From positions 1 to 64,000 of the forward strand of contig RQSC01001231.1 of the NCBI GenBank assembly GCA_013416795.1: 64,000 nucleotides of DNA, read 5' to 3'. The DNA comes from Prasinococcaceae sp. CCMP 1430. Taxonomy: Eukaryota; Plantae; Prasinodermophyta. Below, in pieces: positions 10,756 through 21,437 of this stretch (positions within the stretch are counted from its first letter, which is position 1; each line of letters begins with the position of its first letter). The notes under the pieces are model-generated. The model did not search any database and was not told the origin of the DNA. It worked only from the letters and a program-made list of their open reading frames with translations. Position numbers and translations under genes: made by a program.

Positions 10756-13700
10756 TCAGTCGGCGTCATCAAATACGGGCTCGGCCACGGGCTCGATCTC
10801 CGGCTCTACGGCCTCGAGGTTGGACTCCTCTGAGTCTGGATCGGCCTGAGGCGGGGGCGATTCCTCGACAGGCTCTTCTTCGGGCTCCTCCTCCGGTTCG
10901 GCTTCGGGCTGCGCCTCGGGAGGGGGCGATGCTTCGACAGGCTCTTCTTCGGGCTCCTCCTCCGGTTCGGCTTCGGGCTGCGCCTCGGGAGGGGGCGATG
11001 CTTCGACAGGTTCTTCTTCGGGCTCTTCTTCAGGCTCTTGCTCTGGCGGGGTGCCGTCAGGCACACCCAAAATGTCTGGAGAAGGGCATTCCCCGCAGCA
11101 GAAGCAGTCGTTCTTGCCTTCGCACGTGTCCAGCTTGCACTGGCCCTCGTGCCACACGCAGCCGCTAGTAATGGTGCAAACAAAACATGACGAGGCCACC
11201 TCACAACTGAAAATCGGGGGGCAGGTGCCCTCGCCAGAGTAGCACTCATCCTTGCCGTCGCAGGTATCCTGCTGGCACTGGCCGTTCCACCACACGCAGC
11301 CGTCCAACGGCGCACAAGCGTTGGTGCTGAACATCAGCGGTGTGACGGGCGCCGGGCAGATGTCGTCGCCAGAGTAGCAGTCCTGCTCCTTGCCTTCGCA
11401 GGTGTCTTCCCAGCACTGGCCGTCGTACCACACGCAGCCGTCCCACGGCGTACAAGCGTCACACGACTTGTAGTCGCCACAGACGGGAGCCGGGCAGATG
11501 TCCTCGCCGGAGTAGCAGTCATCCTTGCCGTCGCAGGTGTCCTGCTGGCACTGGCCGTTCCACCACACGCAGCCGTCCAACGGCGTACAAGCGTCACACG
11601 ACTTGTAGTCGCCACAGACGGGAGCCGGGCAGATGTCCTCGCCGGAGTAGCAGTCATCCTTGCCGTCGCAGGTATCCTGCTGGCACTGGCCGTTCCACCA
11701 CACGCAGCCGTCCCACGGCGTACAAGCGTCACACGACTTGTAGTCGCCACAGACGGGCGCCGGGCAGATGTCGTCGCCAGAGTAGCAGTCCTGCTCCTTG
11801 CCTTCGCAGGTGTCTTCCCAGCATTGGCCGTCGTACCAAACGCAGCCGTCCCACGGTGTGCACTGGCCGCACGACTTGTAGTCGCCACAGACGGGCGCCG
11901 GGCAAGCAGCGTCATAGCACGGGAAGTCGCTCTTGCCTTCGCAGGTGTCTTCCCAGCACTGGCCGTCGTACCACACGCAGCCGTCCCAGGAGATACAATC
12001 GCCGCACTTCGTGTAGTCGCCACAGACGGGCGCCGGGCAGATGTCATCGCCAGAGTAGCAGTCCTGCTCCTTGCCTTCGCAGGTGTCTTCCCAGCATTGG
12101 CCGTCGTACCACACGCAGCCGTCCCACGGCGTACAAGCGTCGCACAACTTGTAGTCGCCACAACTGGGAGGAGGTGGTGGGCACGTTGAGAGGCTGTCAT
12201 AGCACGTGTCCTCTGCGGCACACTGCACATCTGTGCACTCGATACCGTCCCACCAACAGCCAAGCCCGGAGCTCGTGCACGTGCTGCACAGATAGTAGTC
12301 GGCGCACGTCGGCGGCAAGCACTCCTGGGGAGCACCCCAGGGAACGCAACCACCCGACGAAGAGTCGCAGGGTTGGTCACTGCACCCTGACCCGTCCCAC
12401 CAGCACCCGAGTGCAGAGCCGGTACACGGGCCACACTCCGCGTAGTCGTCGCACGTTTGTGGTGTGCAGGTTTCGGGCTCGCTGTGACACCACTCCTGCG
12501 CGGGGTCGCACCCGACGTTTGTGCACACGCCATCGTACCACCAGCATCCCAGTGATGATGCCGCGCACGTGTTGCACTCCTTGTAGTCGGAGCACTCTGG
12601 CGGGGGGCAAGACCCGGAGGAATCGTAGCATTCGTCGGCGTCGCCGTCACAGGGCGAGTTTGTGCACGCTCCCTTCTCCCAGGAGCAGCAAGGTGGGGAA
12701 GAGCAGCCTGGATACGTGCCATCAGCGCATGTTGCACACGTCTTGAAATCCCAGCAGGCCGGCGGCGGGCAGGTGAAATCATCAGCAACGCAGCCAATCC
12801 CGGCGCACCCGGCTTGCTTGCAGTACCTCGCGTCGCCGTCCCAGAAGCAGGCCAGTTCCTGCGGCGCATCTGCGCACGCTGCGCAGTCGATGTATGCGCC
12901 ACACGGGTTCACTTCGGCGGGGCAGATGTCGTCGCCAGAGTAGCAGTCATCCTTGCCGTCGCAGGTGTCCTGCTGGCACTGGCCGTTCCACCACACGCAG
13001 CCGTCCCACGGCGTACAAGCGTCACACGACTTGTAGTCGCCACAGACGGGAGCCGGGCAGATGTCCTCGCCGGAGTAGCAGTCATCCTTGCCGTCGCAGG
13101 TATCCTGCTGGCACTGGCCGTTCCACCACACGCAGCCGTCCCACGGCGTACAAGCGTCACACGACTTGTAGTCGCCACAGACGGGAGCCGGGCAGATGTC
13201 CTCGCCGGAGTAGCAGTCATCCTTGCCGTCGCAGGTGTCCTGCTGGCACTGGCCGTTCCACCACACGCAGCCGTCCCACGGCGTACAAGCGTCACACGAC
13301 TTGTAGTCGCCACAGACGGGAGCCGGGCAAGCAGTGTCGTAGCACGGGAAGTCGCTCTTGCCTTCGCAGGTGTCTTCCCAGCACTGGCCGTCGTACCACA
13401 CGCAGCCGTTCCAGGGAAGGCAATCGACGCACGTCGTGTAGTCGCTGCACTGGTTGGCGTCGGCAGTGCAGCTCTCTGGCGTTGCCTGGCAGCCAATCTG
13501 ATCGGGGCTGCACGGTCCCGAGGCGCAGGCCCCGTCGTACCACACGCAGTCATCAGTGGCGGCGCATGCCAGGCAGTCGGTGTAGTCCTTGCAAGGGGCC
13601 GGGCACGAAGCTGCGTTGAAATCAGTATAACACTCAGAGCCGTCGACAGGGCAACCTCGTTCGCACCTCGCGCCCTTCGCCCACCATCCGCAGCCCGGCG

Positions 13701-16287
13701 ACGCCGAGCAGGCTGCACAATCGGTGTACTGGTCGCACTCAACGGTGTCTTCGCACTTCCCTGCATCCCAGCCGCACACCTCCGTGTTGCAGACGGAATC
13801 GCACACGTCGTCGGTTTCCCAGCCCGGTGCACAGCCCGGCGCGCAGCCACCGACGCAGACGTAGTTGTCCCAGGTACAGGCCTCGTTGTCGCACTCGGGA
13901 TGGCACCGCGCGTCCCAGACGTACTCGGGCAGGCAGCCTGGTGCGCAAAGGCACGCTCCGTTGTCGTACGCGCACGGGGCTACGTCGCACGCAGGGTCGC
14001 AAACGTCATTCTTGAGCAAGTCGGCCGTGCACCCGGGCGCACAATCCGGGAGGGCACAGTAGCCGTTGTCCCACGCGCACTCGTACGTGTTGCACTCATC
14101 CTGGCACACCCAATCTTTCAGCTTTTCGTAGGTGCAGCCCGGCGAGCACTCAGGTCCCTGCGAATCATCGGGAGGGGGCGAAGGTCGCTCGCAATCATTT
14201 GCGTCCCAACCGCAGTCCTTGTTGTTGCACAGGTCATCGCACTCGCCATCCCCGAGCCACCGTTTCTGGCAGCCAGGTGAGCAGAAGTCGCAATCGCCGC
14301 CATCCCAGTCGCAGTCTGCGTTGTAGCACTCGGGGTCACACCAATGATCTCCAGGCCAGTTCCACTTGCAGCCGACCTGACACGCGTACTGGTCGTTGCA
14401 CGGATCCCAGCCGTCCCCGGCGTCGAAATTGCAGCTGGCCACGTTGCACGCCTCCTGGCACACGAGGTCGTATGTCCAGCTCACTGGGCAACCAGGCGCG
14501 CATTCGGGCGCTGTCTGGCAGTCGACGCGATCGTAGTTGCCGCATGCTGGGCGCTGACACTCCCAGTCGCAAAAGCCGTCGGCAATGTAGTGCGGTGGGC
14601 ACCCCGGAGCGCACCAATCATCGCGGCTAGGGCTCGGCTGGGATGACGGACCGCCGCTGCCCGAAGGCGAGCTCGGCGGTGAAGAGGAGCCACCGGACGG
14701 CGAGGTCGGCGGCGGCGACGAGCCGCCGTACGATGGAGAGGTTGGCGGCGGCGACGATCCACCGGACGGCGAGGTTGGTGGGGGAGAACCCGACCCGGGG
14801 GGGGACGTTGGGGGTGTGCTTGCACCTCCATCATCGCCCTCGACCGGGATCTCCTCACCGCAGAACCCATCCAGTGACCCCGTCCACGGCGTCGCCGGAA
14901 TGGTAGTGTTCAGGTACCACAAACGCTTGCTGCAGTCGGTGTAGTAGACGCCGCCGCGCGAGTCGCAGGCGACACCAGTCGCACGCACGTCGGTGCGCAC
15001 GTCGTCCCAGGTGCCATCGCCCGTGTAGCGACGCAGCTGGCCGCCCTCGGAGTTGCTCTCAGTGACGTTGTCATTGTCCACGATCCACACACCGGCGCCG
15101 CACGCGGCGATGTCGCTGGCGTTCGCGCCGACCTTCACTAGATCGTCCTCCTCGAAGGGCGGGGGCAGTTGCCAGACGTCGCCCACCGGATCTACGTACC
15201 AGACGGTGTCGTTGCCGTCCACCGCCACGCGCTTCGCCCGCGTGAAGAAGAGCGGGGGATCCCACACGTTGAGGTCGAGGGGGCCGGACTCGCGCTTCCT
15301 GCGCAGGGGGCCGCCGCCGCCGCCGCCGAGCGTGAAGGGGTCAGCTCCTGCCGCCCACACGGACGAGTAGTCCGGTCCGCCGCAAGCGACGTCCTGGGTG
15401 CCATTCAGGCGCGGCTCGGGCACCACGCCCTCGTACGGGGGCGCCAGGCTGTGCAGACTGCCACCGTGGTTCACGAGCCACACGACGCCGCGGCCGTCGA
15501 CGGCGACACGCTTGGCATGAGTCTGGTTGTACGGAGCGCTGTAGTCTTCGCAACACAGCGACTGAACCAGCGCGCCGCCCGTCTCGTTGTCCTGCTGTGA
15601 GACGGCCACCAAGGGCGAGGTGATGATGGGTGGGAGCGATGCGGAACCCTGCAGGAGCGCTGGGCCAGTCTGCGCGGGCGGCGGCGTCGCGCCGGGAGTC
15701 GTCGACAGCAGCCACAGCTGCGTCTTGTCCGGGCCGCCAGTCGCCACCGCGTGCGCGCCCTTGTGGAGGCCACCGGTGGCGTTGGTGGGGTCAGGAGGCG
15801 GGTAGATCACGCGCGTGGCATTGTCGCACGCGCCGTCCGTCTCGCACACCGGGCACGACCACCACTCGCACGGCGGATCGATCACCGGCACGAAGTCGGG
15901 CACCGCCGGCGCGGGTGGCGGCGGGGGTGGGGGTCGCGGCGGGGGCGGAGACGCCGGCACGACGGGTGGCTTCGGAAACCCGGGTGCCGGTGTGATGACC
16001 GACTGCGGGTTCGTGGGCGGCGGACGCACGCCTGCGAAGCGCACGAATGCGCCGCGGGCGGAAGTCGGGGGTCGGTGGTAAGCGTGAGTTCATTGCATCG
16101 GCGAGTTGCGCACGCCGTGGGCACTCAACGATGGTGGCTCACGCCAATCGCAGCGCGCGCGCGCCAGCGCTCGCGCACCTGCCGAGGTCGGTATGGGCTT
16201 GGGGAAAACTATTGGCTGCGCCAGTGCCGGCTGCCCCACCACCGCGCCTGCGGCGGCCAGGAGGAGCGCCGTCGCACGTCCCGCCAT
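10756..16287 (-). CDS. Large secreted Cys-rich protein (~1794 aa): signal peptide, Pro-rich segment, tectonin-like propeller, 8 LNR-like repeats, ~20 PSI-like repeats, acidic Glu/Pro tail; exons 16179..16287 and 10756..16031
   Basis: Exon 1 MAGRATALLLAAAGAVVGQPALAQ is signal-peptide-like. A phase-1 GT-AG intron (16032-16178) joins it to the 1762-codon ORF. Repeats are visible directly in the translation. Confidence 0.85.
11330..13420 (-). repeat. Intragenic tandem arrays of a 135-bp (45-aa) unit, CGDYKSCDACTPWDGCVWWNGQCQQDTCDGKDDCYSGEDICPAPV
   Basis: 135-bp period seen at ~11467/11602/11737 and ~13030/13165/13300; units are near-identical at nucleotide level. Confidence 0.92.
13753..14616 (-). 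repeat. Eight LNR (Lin-12/Notch)-like coding repeats
   Basis: Pattern C-x-PGC-x(5-6)-D-x2-C-D/Q-x2-C-x4-C-x-W/F/Y-D-x3-C occurs eight times, e.g. CSPGCQKRWLGDGECDDLCNNKDCGWDANDC. Confidence 0.8.
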
Positions 16288-17198
16288 CGCCTCCGGCTAG
16301 AACCGCGTGCTCGATGCTCTCTTGCTGTCTCCTGTATCTCTCACTCCGTCTCCCTCTGTGCGTGCGTGCGTGAAGTCGTGTGTGCGTGTGTGCGTGTCCC
16401 TCCGACGTGCGCTCCTCCGAGCCGCGACGCCTCGCGCGGCGCCGGCGCCGCCCCCGCGGCGCGACCGCACGCCGCGCGCGCCGCGCGCGCCACCCGCGCG
16501 GCGTTCGCGCCGCCGATCGGAAGCTGTGCAGCGCACTCGAAAAACAGTGAGCAAAACGGCTGCGATGTGCTGCAGATACGCACCCGCATGCTCAATGCGC
16601 CTGTGCTGTGCAGCACCCGCGCCCCATCCCATCCCCCGTCCCCATCTCAGCCCGCTGAGCACCCCGCGCCCGTCGCGTGCGCGTGCGCGGCGCAGCACGC
16701 ACGCGCGGTCGCGCGCACCCTCCTGCATGCATGTGCATGCACACGTCTGTGGGCGCGAGGCGGCTGCGCGTAGCTTCCAAGGTGGGTGGGGTGGCGAGGG
16801 CCTGTCTGGTTACGCGGTTACGCGCCGGGTGCCGCGCTGCGCTGCGCGCGCGCGCGCCGCGTGCGCTGCTGGCGATTTCCGCGCGCGCGGTCAACCGCCG
16901 CGCAGCGCTGCCCGGATTCGGTTGGGCCTGTAAGTCAACGCCCGATGGAAGAAGGCCCCATCGACCAATAAAAAAGATCGGATCGAGACCTGGGGCAATC
17001 GGTACGGTCCCAGACAACGTTTGAGAAACACGTTGGCGGCTGGGGGCCCACGAGGGGGGGGGGGGGGGGGGGCGCACTGGCGCGAGGGAGGCACTGTGGT
17101 GTGGCACACGGCAGGGGAGACGAGCGCGCGCACCACACAGTCACGTGTGATAGACACGTTGGCGGCTGGGGCCCCACGAGGAGGGGGGGGTGGCGCTG

Positions 17199-18352
17199 GC
17201 GTGGGGGAGGCGCTGTGGTGTGGCACACACGGTAGGAGAGAACAGGGCGCGCACCACACAGTCGTTCTTATGTGAGGCGCATGTCGCGCGCCCAGGGCGA
17301 GAGCGCATGCTACGGTACCTGAGCGAGCGTGGGAAGGCTGCGCGTGCGGCAGCGAACGCGCCAACGATGGCAACGATCTCCATCCGACCCCGGGCGAGCG
17401 CGTCCAGGCCGGCTAGCCGTTGCCGGTAGGCGTGCTCGAGGTGGGTGCGAGCTTCCCGCCGTCTGGTTGCTCCTTGCGCGCGCTGTTCGACGCCTTCCCC
17501 TCCGGCATCGCGGTGGCTTCAGCGAAGAAACTCCGGCCGCTCGGCCCGTGCCATTGGTACATTTCGCCTGGCCACTGCGCAAGAGAGATCAGTCGTCGTT
17601 GGCCATCCGCCCGCGCGCAGCGCCCAGAGAGTGCCCCAGCAGGCCGACGATGCGGCACGCGCGCACGCGCGCACACGCCACACCAGCGTCAGCACGGGGG
17701 AGGGGGGCTCGTGCCGGCAAGTGCTAGTGGGCTCGCGACTATCGAGCGCACGCCAAACGGATGTCACGCAGACCGGCGTGGGGGAGGCGCTGTGGTGTGG
17801 CACACACGGTAGGAGAGAACAGGGCGCGCACCACACAGTCGTTCTTATGTGAGGCGCATGTCGCGCGCCCAGGGCGAGAGCGCATGCTACGGTACCTGAG
17901 CGAGCGTGGGAAGGCTGCGCGTGCGGCAGCGAACGCGCCAACGATGGCAACGATCTCCATCCGACCCCGGGCGAGCGCGTCCAGGCCGGCTAGCCGTTGC
18001 CGGTAGGCGTGCTCGAGGTGGGTGCGAGCTTCCCGCCGTCTGGTTGCTCCTTGCGCGCGCTGTTCGACGCCTTCCCCTCCGGCATCGCGGTGGCTTCAGC
18101 GAAGAAACTCCGGCCGCTCGGCCCGTGCCATTGGTACATTTCGCCTGGCCACTGCGCAAGAGAGATCAGTCGTCGTTGGCCATCCGCCCGCGCGCAGCGC
18201 CCAGAGAGTGCCCCAGCAGGCCGACGATGCGGCACGCGCGCACGCGCGCACACGCCACACCAGCGTCAGCACGGGGGAGGGGGGCTCGTGCCGGCAAGTG
18301 CTAGTGGGCTCGCGACTATCGAGCGCACGCCAAACGGATGTCACGCAGACCG
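17199..18352. repeat. Perfect tandem duplication, 2 x 577 bp (17199-17775 and 17776-18352)
   Basis: Identical ORFs recur at a 577-bp offset (e.g. 17310/17887, 17413/17990); breakpoints read directly. Confidence 0.95.
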
Positions 18353-20160
18353 TCTTGGCGTGCGCTGCGCGCCAGCGAACGCCGTCATCACAGGCTGGCA
18401 CGTACCTCATCCTCGGGCACTCGGTGAATGGCGGCGAGATATCCGCGGAACTCGAAGTTATCCGCGTCGTCGGCAGCGTCCGCGCGCTGCATGCAGCACT
18501 CGGGCAGCAGAAGCCCCGTGAGACCCACTCCGAGGCGAGGGGGGGAAATCGGAGTCGAGGCTCCGTGCTGCTGAGGCCCCTGGCCCGCGTGGTCTCCGTC
18601 GTCGCTCGTGCGCCCCCCTACCTGCCTCACTACCGAATGCGCGGCCACGTTGAGGTTGGCGCAGAGGCATGTTTGCCGCCATGGCGCGTCGATGCCACTT
18701 GCGTACACCTCAACGCGGTTCTGTGGCCTGTCGCGCAACCATATGAGCGTGCCGTGGTGCTGGTAATTGATCATCGGCAGGCGAGGAACTACGTCGCCGC
18801 GGTGCACGAAGCGGAAACCGCGCAGCTGGGAAAACGAATCAAGCTCCGAGACAAAGTCGGGCGAACCCACGCGGGGGGCGCCGAAGGTGAACAGGTTGAC
18901 GTGCACATCTTCGGGAATGATCGCCAGCCTGAGCAGCCTGTAGGCCAGGATCGTGGCGAGCGCGCCCCCCAGGCTGTGTCCCATGAGGTACAGGTCAAAT
19001 TCCGGATTTTGCGTGGTGAGCTCCGAAATGCGGAGCTCGAGCTCCTTCGCGACTCCGCCGAAATAGTACGCACGATGAAAGCCTTCGTGCACGCGCGGAC
19101 CCTTGGAGCCACGCCTGTTCGCCACGCCAGTCTTGAGCGCGGACACATCAACACGGAGATTGGCGGCCGAGTCCGTGCCCCTGAAGACTACCATGATTGC
19201 GCGCAATGCGTGCGATGTGACGATGAGTGCGTTGACATCGGTCTCATCTTTCACTGACTTTGCCGTTGCAACGTACCATGCCCTGTCCGCGACGTGCCTC
19301 TGCCAGTTTTCCAAGGCAGGCAACACTGTGTAAGCAATAGTGCTGAGTGGCTCGACATCGAAGCCACGAGCGAAGTTGCGCAGCCGGCGCGCGGTGCATT
19401 CCTGAGTCGGATGATCGTCGGCACCCAGCAGCGAAGGAGGCGAGCCGCTGGGCTCACGCCGCGTGCTCGCGCGCTGCTGCTGCGGGGCCTGCGTCGCGTT
19501 CTCGTCCCCTCCGCTGCTCTCAGCTCCTCGCGTCGCCGCCACGAGCATTTCGTACTGAGTGTCACCACAAGATGCATCGCCCTCCTTATCGAGCTGCACA
19601 ATGTCACCGTATTTGTCGATGAATCCGTCCTCGGTGTAATAATATATGACATTGGAGAGGAGGCAGCACAGCAGGCAGATGTCTTTGGGCGGCACCTGAG
19701 GAGGGAGCCGCTTCCCATGCCAGATGCCTGCCTGGAAGTGGCTTTGCCTGTTGCGGAACGCGATGGACCCGCCCTCGCGCCAGATCGAGCCAATGCACCC
19801 ACGCCACATCTCGCGGATGAGACGCCAAGGAACGGCGAGAACGCCGAAAGTCGTGCGGAGCTTGGCTATCGTCTCGGAACCTGCCGAAGCTTCCTCCATG
19901 ATGTCACCCTCCTCTTGCTGACGACGCAGCTGGCGCGCTCGCCGCATGGAACGCGCGATGTAGTCCGAGTTTGCACCGGTGTCCCCACCACCGTCACTGC
20001 CGTCATCGTCTCCGGCCCTGCGACGTCTCGCCCTGTCGGCGCGTGCTTCATCGATCGCCTCGGCGACGGCGCTGACTTCGGGCGACGCGATGCGAACAGC
20101 CGCAGCGGCTGTTTCTACGACGGCACCTCCGACACGCGCCGCGGCTCGCCCCGCCCTCAT
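17990..20160 (-). CDS. Class 3 lipase (alpha/beta hydrolase); exons 18406..20160 and probable terminal exon 17990..18151
   Basis: Motifs MVVFRGT, VHEGF, LYLMGHSLGGALAT, LFTFGAPRVG and RFVHRGDVVPRLP. Donor GTACGT after ...PEDE and acceptor CTCTCTTGCGCAG give a phase-0 join to WPGEMYQW...GNG*. Confidence 0.85.
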
Positions 20161-21437
20161 GATGGCCCACGCACAGCCTCGCCACGCGCTCGGGTCTCTC
20201 CCCCGGCCACTGGCGGCCAGTCACCCCCCAGTCACCCTCGCGGCGCCCGCCGTTTGCACGCAAAAATCCTGCGCCGCGCCGCGCGGCGCGGCGCCGGCCC
20301 CGCCCCGCGGCCTCGCCGCCTCGANACGCCCATCCGCGCCCCGCGGCCCGCGGCCCCGCCACGGCTGGCGCAGCCCCCGCAAGCGCCGCCGCGCGCCGTA
20401 GGCGCTGTGGCGCGCCCGCTGCCAGAGCGCCCGCGCGCGCGTCCAAAGCTACGTCCGTCGAAAAACGAACCCTAACCCAAATTCCAGCGCCCCGCCGGGA
20501 CGGTCCCTCTCAAACAAAGCCTCGATCCTGAGCCTGGCGTACTGATGGTAACACATCCATGTGGCTCCCGCAACCGTAACCTCCGACATGCTTCCATTCG
20601 TTTTGATGGGACGCCGCCCACTCTCACGGCGGTGCGTGAGGACACCGAGCCGCCGCCATTGTGTTTTAGGGCGAGCGCCCGGGGGTGCTCGTGAGGGTGT
20701 GCGCGGGGCGGGGGGCGCCACAGCTCGCGCGAGCGCTGCGGCGCGCGCGTTGGCTGTCACGTCGGCCGCGATGGGAGCGTAGGTAGGCCCGGAGGGCGCG
20801 AGCTCTCGCGCCGGCGCTCTCGCTCGCTCGCTCGCGCGCGGCGCGGCGCGGCGCGGCGGGAGGCGGGCTTTCGGCCGGTGCCGCGCCGCCTCATGCAGGG
20901 CCGCCGCGCACGACCGAGCGCCGAGAGCTGGTGGGCGCGGCGGTCCGCCGCGGGCAGTGAGCGCCGTCGTCAGGTGCGTGTCCCGCCGCGCGCAGAAGCA
21001 GCGACAGCGGCGACCGACGCCCGCAGTGATGACATACACTATTTTGCCGATTTCCCACTGAGGCCCTCGGGCCAGTGTCGACACAGTAGTATAAATCGTC
21101 TGAGCACAAGCACTCGCACGCCTCTTTGTTCCCCCTCTCTCTCTCGCGCTCTCTCGCGTGTGCGCGAGAGAAAGCGAGAGAGCGAAAGAGAGAGTCAGAG
21201 CCCGCCCCGTGCGCATCGAGCTCGCCCCGCGCATGCACTGACCCCGCACGCCGCCCTCATGGCCGTCGCGCGCTCGCATAGGGACCTGCATATGAGGCGG
21301 CCGGCCGCCGAATGGCGCTGGCACCGTCGGCGCAGCTGCCGAGGCCGCGATCGCCGCTGGCGCCTCTGTGCATGCCGTGCCGACACATCTTCGCGCGCAT
21401 GTTGTAAAATGTCAAAGTATCATATTACACGGAGCAC

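Noticed and set aside
11330-13420. CRISPR-like array
   Set aside because: Units are contiguous, in-frame coding repeats with no unique spacers, in a eukaryotic gene with no cas genes.
18190-18230. GLLGHSLGAA, a second lipase-like GxSxG motif, on the minus strand of the duplicated unit
   Set aside because: The frame closes after a few codons and lies in the predicted last intron; likely chance.
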